Source: Candidatus Latescibacterota bacterium (GTDB lineage Bacteria; Latescibacterota; UBA2968). Taken from it: a DNA stretch of 64,000 nt. The notes below the pieces were generated by a model. The model was not told where the DNA came from. It searched no databases and saw only the letters and a program-made list of their open reading frames with translations. The stretch is taken from positions 3,328,001 to 3,392,000 of the forward strand of contig OZ220741.1 of the NCBI GenBank assembly GCA_965116885.1, written 5' to 3'. The translations under genes were made by a program, and so were the position numbers. Each line of letters begins with the position of its first letter. Positions within the stretch are counted from its first letter, which is position 1. Below are positions 57,794 to 64,000 of this stretch, piece after piece.

Positions 57794-60238
57794 TTAGCGC
57801 TTGAACTCCTTTACTTTTTTGCGAATTTTTGCCTCGACATTTGCCGATAGAGGCCGAACGGGAATTTTTTCATCGCTGTGAGTAGCAACATCACCTGCGA
57901 TGGATATTTCAAGACGCGGATGTTTGGGTACATAAGGTTCTTTTTCCAGCATGGCATGTAACAAGACGAGGGCGGCTTCTTTGTCGGGAATCGTTCCTCT
58001 CGTATTGCCATCGTCGCCAGGGGGCAATGGCGCGCCTACACACGACGGGCATCCGGCTTCACATTCGCATTCCGACACGACCATCCAACAGGCTGTTATG
58101 ACATCTTCGATCATCTCATAAGCTTTTTCCGAAAAACCAATGCCTCCCGGATGCCGGTCATATACAAATGCGGTCGGACGCCCCGTATTGGAGCTATCTA
58201 TCGTTGTGCCAATATCCATGATATCGCACATAGCAAATAGGGGCAGCACTTCCCCCATTACATTGGCAACGCCTTTGAGGCCTTCAGATGGCACGCGGCC
58301 ATGTCGCCGACACTGGTTTAACCCCTCTTGCGGTGGCACGATCCAGCAAGCGGCTGTATCGAGTTTGCGCTCGGGCAAATCGAGATTTTCCCAGCCAATG
58401 CTGTCGCGGTCTTCGAATTTTACTTTTTTGAACATCGTTACTATTGACGAGACAGAGACGTCGCCAAAATATACGTCACTGACGCGCCACGCGCCCGATA
58501 TTTCGGTATCATTTACGACAATACTCGTCTCGTCAACTGCATGGGTATAATAGTCCAGTGCTTTTTGGCTTACCCGCGCAATTTTGCGCTCTGTGTCGAG
58601 TTGATCGACAAAGTACGTTTGTCCATTGTGCAAATATACAGCGTGTGTATGTATCTGAAAAAACGCGCTGATTTCATCCAGGGAACCGATTACCTGTGGG
58701 GCATCTTCTGTCTCGTCGATAATAGTATAGGTCGAATCGCTGATATTGCGTAGGCCGACCTCTGCCGCTGGATATCCCGATTGGCTGTAAAACCACTGCC
58801 CATTGAGCTGGCGCGCCATGCCTTCATCTGATAGGATCTCGAGCAACGCACCCGTAAATTCTCCCATTACTTCGCCTTCTCCGCCCCGCACGGGCAATTC
58901 GCGCAAAGCACACCGCAGATGTCCCACGACAAGATGCGGATTGTTGGGGTCAATGGTCGCGTGTTCGGGCGATTGTCCGAAAAAGTAAGCCGGGTCGCGC
59001 ATCAAAAATTGATCGATGGGCGCGTTGTGTGCCACAAAGACCACCAGCGACTCTTCGGACTGCCGCCCCGCACGTCCCGCTTGCTGCCACATGCTGGAAA
59101 TACTGCCCGGGTATCCCACGATTAACGCGGCATCCAGGTCTCCAATATCAATGCCCAATTCCAAGGCGTTGGTACTTACCACGCCGAGCAACTCACCTTC
59201 AAATAATTGCCGCTCAATTTCTCGCCGTTCTGCGGGCAAATATCCGCCGCGATAAGCCCGAATCGCGCCTGCCAACCGCTGGTTTACCAGTGATAGATCC
59301 TCTTGCACATAGCGATAGATCACTTCTGCGGATGTGCGTGCTCTAACAAAGGCAATGGTCTGCACCCTGTTGTGGATGAGTTTGCCGAGTAACCAACGCG
59401 CTTCGGTATTTGAACTGCGGCGATCACTCGTGGTGCCTTCCAAAAAAGGCGGATTCCAGAACGCAAAATGGCGTTTGCCCCGCGGGGAGCCATCCCGATC
59501 AATCAGGGACATCGGCTGTCCGGTCAATGCTTCGGCGTGTTCTTTGGGATTTGCTATGGTCGCCGAGCAACACACAAATTGTGGGGGTGTGCCATAGTGC
59601 GCGCAAATTCGCACCAAGCGGCGCAATACATTGGCTACATGCGAGCCAAAGACGCCCCGGTAAGTGTGTATTTCGTCGAGTACTACATAGCGCAAATTCT
59701 GAAAAAAACGTGCCCAGCGCGGGTGGTTGGGCAATACGCCCTGATGCAACATATCGGGATTGCTCAAGATTACCCGTCCCTCTTCGCGCAGTGTTTTGCG
59801 CTGGTTGGACGGCGTATCCCCATCGTAAGTGCCCAGGGAAAATTTCAATTTTTCGTTTAATTCGCCAAACCGCGCCAGTCCTCGCGCCTGGTCCTGTGAT
59901 AGAGCTTTGGTCGGGAAGAGATAGAGCGCAGTCGCCTGCGGGTCGGATAGGAGTGCTTCCAGTGTGGGTATTTGATAACACAGGGTTTTTCCACTTGCCG
60001 TTGCTGTAACTACTACTACGTCTTCCTGACGCCTCAGGGCGGTCAAAGCATCGGCCTGATGCGTATAGAGCCGATCAATGCCTTGCTGTTTCAAGGCGTC
60101 GGAGATTGCGGGATGCAGGGCGTAGTCATCAGCGACGAATTTAGCTTCTTGCGCGGGTAAGGTCTCTATATGAGCAACCTGACCGGCATACCCATAGTCG
60201 CGGCGAACATGCGCGATAAATTGATCAAAACTCATCAT
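57794..60238 (-). CDS. MrfA/YprA/Hrq1-like SF2 helicase with C-terminal DUF1998 Zn domain
   Basis: TASGKT, LDEIH, CCSAT, TNALELGIDIG, QQAGRAGR, YDRHPGGIG, CECEAGCPSC. Confidence 0.9.
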   Translation of the reverse strand: MMSFDQFIAHVRRDYGYAGQVAHIETLPAQEAKFVADDYALHPAISDALKQQGIDRLYTHQADALTALRRQEDVVVVTATASGKTLCYQIPTLEALLSDPQATALYLFPTKALSQDQARGLARFGELNEKLKFSLGTYDGDTPSNQRKTLREEGRVILSNPDMLHQGVLPNHPRWARFFQNLRYVVLDEIHTYRGVFGSHVANVLRRLVRICAHYGTPPQFVCCSATIANPKEHAEALTGQPMSLIDRDGSPRGKRHFAFWNPPFLEGTTSDRRSSNTEARWLLGKLIHNRVQTIAFVRARTSAEVIYRYVQEDLSLVNQRLAGAIRAYRGGYLPAERREIERQLFEGELLGVVSTNALELGIDIGDLDAALIVGYPGSISSMWQQAGRAGRQSEESLVVFVAHNAPIDQFLMRDPAYFFGQSPEHATIDPNNPHLVVGHLRCALRELPVRGGEGEVMGEFTGALLEILSDEGMARQLNGQWFYSQSGYPAAEVGLRNISDSTYTIIDETEDAPQVIGSLDEISAFFQIHTHAVYLHNGQTYFVDQLDTERKIARVSQKALDYYTHAVDETSIVVNDTEISGAWRVSDVYFGDVSVSSIVTMFKKVKFEDRDSIGWENLDLPERKLDTAACWIVPPQEGLNQCRRHGRVPSEGLKGVANVMGEVLPLFAMCDIMDIGTTIDSSNTGRPTAFVYDRHPGGIGFSEKAYEMIEDVITACWMVVSECECEAGCPSCVGAPLPPGDDGNTRGTIPDKEAALVLLHAMLEKEPYVPKHPRLEISIAGDVATHSDEKIPVRPLSANVEAKIRKKVKEFKR

Positions 60239-60306
60239 GCGGGAAGGACTTTTGAATTCCAAAGGGAGAGAGGTAAGGAAATGAAAAATAAAGAGGGAGG
60301 TACGAT

Positions 60307-60344
60307 AGCTATAAGAATATAGCTGGAAGGTGAAAAGGGGTCAA
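60307..60344 (-). promoter_or_regulatory. sigma70-type promoter of the helicase operon with overlapping palindrome
   Basis: Minus strand TTGACC-N17-TATATT; perfect palindrome AGCTATA-AGAA-TATAGCT at 60307-60324 overlaps the -10. Confidence 0.6.
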
Positions 60345-60399
60345 CTCAAAAGAGGCGGACAGAAGGTGAGATTTACGTAGAGGATGGGGCCAACTATAA

Positions 60400-63228
60400 C
60401 TACAGACTATGGGAGAGGCGCATGTATAAATACCTGCCTAAGAAATCGTAGGTATTGGCATCGGAAGTGCCGAGGAAACCATTGTATATCACTGCTGGTG
60501 CCTGATTGAGGACGTTGTTTATTCCAATTGTGAGTACGGAGTGACCAAAGGCGGTACCCAGTTGGTATGATCCGTGCATACTAAAGGTACTGTTGGGACT
60601 GATTTTGCGGCTGGGTGGTATTTCTGTCACATCCGGGCGGTACATGCCCTTGCAGTCGTCATCTTCGCATTCCTCAAATCCGCCGATGTATCGCCAGGTC
60701 AGCCCAATGGAAGAACGGTGATTCTCTACGCCAACTGAAGCGGCGTGATGCCAGCCCGGAAACACGCCCAGGTCGTAGTAGCCCTTGCCTTTGACTAACT
60801 CGGAACCGTTGGCCGAAGGCAGGATTTGATCGTAATTCACGAGCAGGTTGCTCTCGATTTGCGCCGAGACAATGCCCAGGGGTGAGTCAGTAGCGTAATG
60901 GAGTCCGATATCCATGCCGCTGGTTTCGGTTTCGCCAACGTTGGTGTTGGGCGATGAGATGTAATTAATCAGCCCGGTGTTTGGATCGCGCACGACTTGA
61001 TCGCAGTTGGATGGCGTGTCCTGCGAGTAGCAGTTACTCAAGATGAGGCTGGCGGGTAATGCGCCGATTTCATTCGTGATCGCGCTGGTATAGTAATCGA
61101 CAGTTATATCGAATCCATCCAGAAAGCCCGCCTGATAAACCAGGCCTGCTGTGAGCATTGTGGCCTTTTCTGGATCGAGATCTGTGCTGCCACTGAACTG
61201 GGCTCGCAGTTGTGCCCGTGAATCCTCAAAGTCGGATGGGATGCCTTGATCTGCACAATTTCGCATTTGCTGAGCGGTCAATGTTCGGGCATTGCCCGCT
61301 TCATCGACTGTACTACAGGGATCGCTGACCAGCGGGAAACCATCGCTGTTGCCGAGGAACATTTCGGCGATGCTGGGCGCGCGAAAAGCATTGGAGTATG
61401 TGGCACGAAATGCCAATCCATGAGGCATTTCGAGACGAGTACCAGCTTTATAAGTAGAGCCAAAGCCGAACGAATCGTAGTGGAAAGTGCGCCCTGCGGC
61501 TATTAAATCGAGGCCAACTTCTCCCGCTTTGTAGAGCGGTAAATGGGCTTCCGCATACAAAGCCTTGACCGAATATGCACCATCGGTGGGCGCCTCGCCA
61601 CTACCGGTAGTATTTCCCGATGCGGTTATGGGATCGGGAAGATAGGCTCCCGCTTCCCAGCGCGAAGATAGACCTGCGGCTATGACCAGTGGACCGGCCG
61701 GGAGTTGCGCGATCTCTCCGGTCAGATTCCACTGCAGGATTTGCTGTTGGGAGTAGCCTCTGGCGATACCAGTATATTGGATGTAATCTAACATTTCCTG
61801 GGTAATCGTGCCGGCACCGTGGAGTATATCCAGCGGCACGCAGTCGCCGGTACAATCCTCGTCTGGTCCCAGTGCCCGTACGAGATTACTGATTATAAAT
61901 CGGCCCTCGTTGACGCTGGTGCCTTCGCTGCGCCCATAGGAAAAGGACAGGTCGGCGTCAAATTCCAGGAGATGATGGTCCAATCCCAGGACGATGCGAT
62001 AGGTGTCGATATCCTGGAGATAGTTGCGATTGCCTGCTTCGAGAAAACGCCGCCGAACATCGATAAAATCGCGGCCAAATTCGTTGTACCGGTTGGTGGC
62101 AGATACTACGATGCCGTCGCTGATGGTGAACAAGGGCGTCGGGGCCAGCTTTTGGTCGGATTGGCGATTGGTGTACGATACTTCGAAGAAGGTTTTCGCA
62201 TTTTTTGTAAACTCATAAGCGCCGCTGAAAAAGGAACTGTAGCGCGTCTGTGGGGTGTAGAGATAATTCTCCGGTTGATAATTGTACGTGTCACCGCTCC
62301 CATCCGAGGAGATTCCCGCCCAATTGAAGGGGCGCCAGCCTGTATTTGGATCGCGATGGTAATCACCGGCGTCCTCGCCAGCCGCTGCAACGACCGCTTG
62401 CCAGGCTTCGTTGCCCTCGGCACCCAAGCGGTCGATGATGTGGCCTTCCGGGGTGGCCGAACTGCCGTTTTTGTTATAGGTGCCGTCGTTTTTTCCCCAG
62501 TCGTAGTTTTTGTCCGATACGCTGAAACTGCGGTCGCCAGTCCAGACGGGCTTCCGGTTGTGGTAACCTGCCGAAAACAGTATATGGCCTTTTTCGCTCT
62601 GCAAACCGGCGGTTATGCTGAGGTCGCGGACTTCGCCATCGCCTGCGCCTGAAAGCCCCTCATAATAATCTATCTCTACCCCCTCCATATCTGACCGGGT
62701 GATGATATTGACCACGCCCCCAATAGCGTCTGATCCATATACGGCCGAGGCCCCATCCTTGAGTATTTCGACGCGTTCGATGACTGAAGCGGGAATAGAA
62801 TTGAGATCAACGGATGAATTTGCGCCTGTTCCGCCCGGCACGAAACGCCGCCCATTGACCAATACCAGGGTGCGATTAGAGCCGAGTCCGCGCAGATTAA
62901 TCCGGGTAGAGCCATCACCGCCGTTGTTGGACTGGGTATTGGTCGCGTTGGACTGTACTGTGAGTGTTTGTAGCACATCGCCAATGGAAGTCAATCCCCG
63001 CGCTTTGATTTCGTCACTGGATAGGACGACGACTGGCGCAGGCGAAAGGCTTTCCGCACTTTTGATGCGGGAACCGGTTACGACAATCTCTTCAAATTCG
63101 TAGGTTTTCGGCTCGTCGGGCGATTCTTCAATATTTTCTGCGAACACTGGTGTAATAAAGACGATGGCGATTACTTGCCAGATTATGTGCTTTACACTCA
63201 TCCATACCTCGCGATTGAAGAATGACAC
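60400..63228 (-). CDS. TonB-dependent outer-membrane receptor
   Basis: Signal peptide, EEIVVTGSRI TonB box, LRGLGSNRTLVLVNGRR, ERVEILKDGASAVYGSDAIGGVVNIIT, C-terminal YDFLGRY. Confidence 0.95.
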   Translation of the reverse strand: MSFFNREVWMSVKHIIWQVIAIVFITPVFAENIEESPDEPKTYEFEEIVVTGSRIKSAESLSPAPVVVLSSDEIKARGLTSIGDVLQTLTVQSNATNTQSNNGGDGSTRINLRGLGSNRTLVLVNGRRFVPGGTGANSSVDLNSIPASVIERVEILKDGASAVYGSDAIGGVVNIITRSDMEGVEIDYYEGLSGAGDGEVRDLSITAGLQSEKGHILFSAGYHNRKPVWTGDRSFSVSDKNYDWGKNDGTYNKNGSSATPEGHIIDRLGAEGNEAWQAVVAAAGEDAGDYHRDPNTGWRPFNWAGISSDGSGDTYNYQPENYLYTPQTRYSSFFSGAYEFTKNAKTFFEVSYTNRQSDQKLAPTPLFTISDGIVVSATNRYNEFGRDFIDVRRRFLEAGNRNYLQDIDTYRIVLGLDHHLLEFDADLSFSYGRSEGTSVNEGRFIISNLVRALGPDEDCTGDCVPLDILHGAGTITQEMLDYIQYTGIARGYSQQQILQWNLTGEIAQLPAGPLVIAAGLSSRWEAGAYLPDPITASGNTTGSGEAPTDGAYSVKALYAEAHLPLYKAGEVGLDLIAAGRTFHYDSFGFGSTYKAGTRLEMPHGLAFRATYSNAFRAPSIAEMFLGNSDGFPLVSDPCSTVDEAGNARTLTAQQMRNCADQGIPSDFEDSRAQLRAQFSGSTDLDPEKATMLTAGLVYQAGFLDGFDITVDYYTSAITNEIGALPASLILSNCYSQDTPSNCDQVVRDPNTGLINYISSPNTNVGETETSGMDIGLHYATDSPLGIVSAQIESNLLVNYDQILPSANGSELVKGKGYYDLGVFPGWHHAASVGVENHRSSIGLTWRYIGGFEECEDDDCKGMYRPDVTEIPPSRKISPNSTFSMHGSYQLGTAFGHSVLTIGINNVLNQAPAVIYNGFLGTSDANTYDFLGRYLYMRLSHSL

Positions 63229-63231
63229 TAT

Positions 63232-64000
63232 TCAGCTATTGCACGCATACGCATCAAATACAATTTTTAAATCGCGTTTTGCGCGTGCAAAATCCGAATA
63301 AGGCTGACGCGAGCGGTTTTGAAGGCAGGATAGAAAATCAGCCATCATCGCGCGATAGCCCATCAAATCTTTCAGACCCGGCCAAAGAATCCGAAAGCCT
63401 TTCTGGGGTTTGCGTATGTAAATGCCGTTGCTTTCAAAAACAATGCGTCCGTGCGTGCCTTCGATATAAGAGTGCTGAAAAACGCCTTTTGTCAAACTGG
63501 GCGTTTGCCACGAGTAATGCAATTCGGCAATTGCGCCTGTGGGATAGACTATCCGCACGACAGATTCGCGCTCTGGTGTACTGCTGGAAGAGCCAGGGAA
63601 TATCGCTTCGACCTGTTCGGGCACTGCATCGAATAGATCTGAAATCAGGGCGATAAAATGAATACCGCCTTCCAGCAAAGCACCATGAGCACTTTTCCAA
63701 CCCTGCGCCTGCTGCGTTGTGAGTTTTTTTACTGAGACTGAACGCATTTCGCCAATATCGCCCTGGGTGACCATGTGCTTGATGTACGATAGCGAGGGTT
63801 TGTAATAATAATTCTCGGCGATCATCAATAGGGAGGTCTCGACCCGTTCCCGCACGGTCTCGATCTCGACAATTTCCTCTGGCGAGATGCACATCGGTTT
63901 TTCGACGAGTACGGCTTTGCCAACCTCTAATAGTGCGATTATCTGGTCTTTGTGATGCTCTGGCGGGGAAGCGATCACCACGGCGTCCACATCACTTTCC
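63232..64000 (-). CDS. Gfo/Idh/MocA oxidoreductase (5' end outside the window)
   Basis: DAVVIASP..HH, VLVEKP, GGIH. Confidence 0.88.
   Translation of the reverse strand, partial: ESDVDAVVIASPPEHHKDQIIALLEVGKAVLVEKPMCISPEEIVEIETVRERVETSLLMIAENYYYKPSLSYIKHMVTQGDIGEMRSVSVKKLTTQQAQGWKSAHGALLEGGIHFIALISDLFDAVPEQVEAIFPGSSSSTPERESVVRIVYPTGAIAELHYSWQTPSLTKGVFQHSYIEGTHGRIVFESNGIYIRKPQKGFRILWPGLKDLMGYRAMMADFLSCLQNRSRQPYSDFARAKRDLKIVFDAYACNS

Noticed and set aside
57794..60238. DUF1998 helicase as part of DISARM or Druantia
   Set aside because: Single MrfA-like gene with housekeeping neighbours; no methylase, DrmA/B/C or DruE context

Overview
A 64-kb stretch of a diderm bacterial chromosome, roughly 50% GC by eye. 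The gene content suggests an FCB-associated lineage such as Latescibacterota or Gemmatimonadota, possibly a sponge symbiont; this is inference from several PhyH dioxygenases, sulfatases, a heparinase-like lyase, a dockerin/CARDB/beta-propeller surface protein and a DUF6785-like membrane protein. Housekeeping genes (pgpA, recA, recX, alaS, ptsH, ptsI, metK, sucC, dnaK, transaldolase) alternate with accessory blocks. Main points of interest: (1) an apparently foreign two-gene cassette between sucC and dnaK, made of a PHP-phosphoesterase/SMC-like ABC-ATPase (Ppl/TrlF-like) overlapping a Schlafen(AlbA_2)-HATPase_c_4 gene, a candidate anti-phage system; it lies downstream of a sigma54-type promoter with tandem enhancer-like sites and a small, possibly frameshifted His/Cys ORF; (2) a group II GGGP synthase next to alaS plus a distant archaeal-type (type I) GGPP synthase, the first steps of archaeal-like ether lipid synthesis; (3) an Omp85-DUF4390-histidine kinase-sigma54 activator operon with its own -24/-12 promoter; (4) a PhyH enzyme with a halogenase-like HxA motif; (5) an XPB-Bax1(DUF790) pair split by four genes; (6) a sulfatase-fold protein with Thr at the catalytic Cys position. 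I found no rRNA, tRNA, CRISPR array, transposase, integrase or reverse transcriptase. All family assignments come from motif recognition by eye, not database searches.
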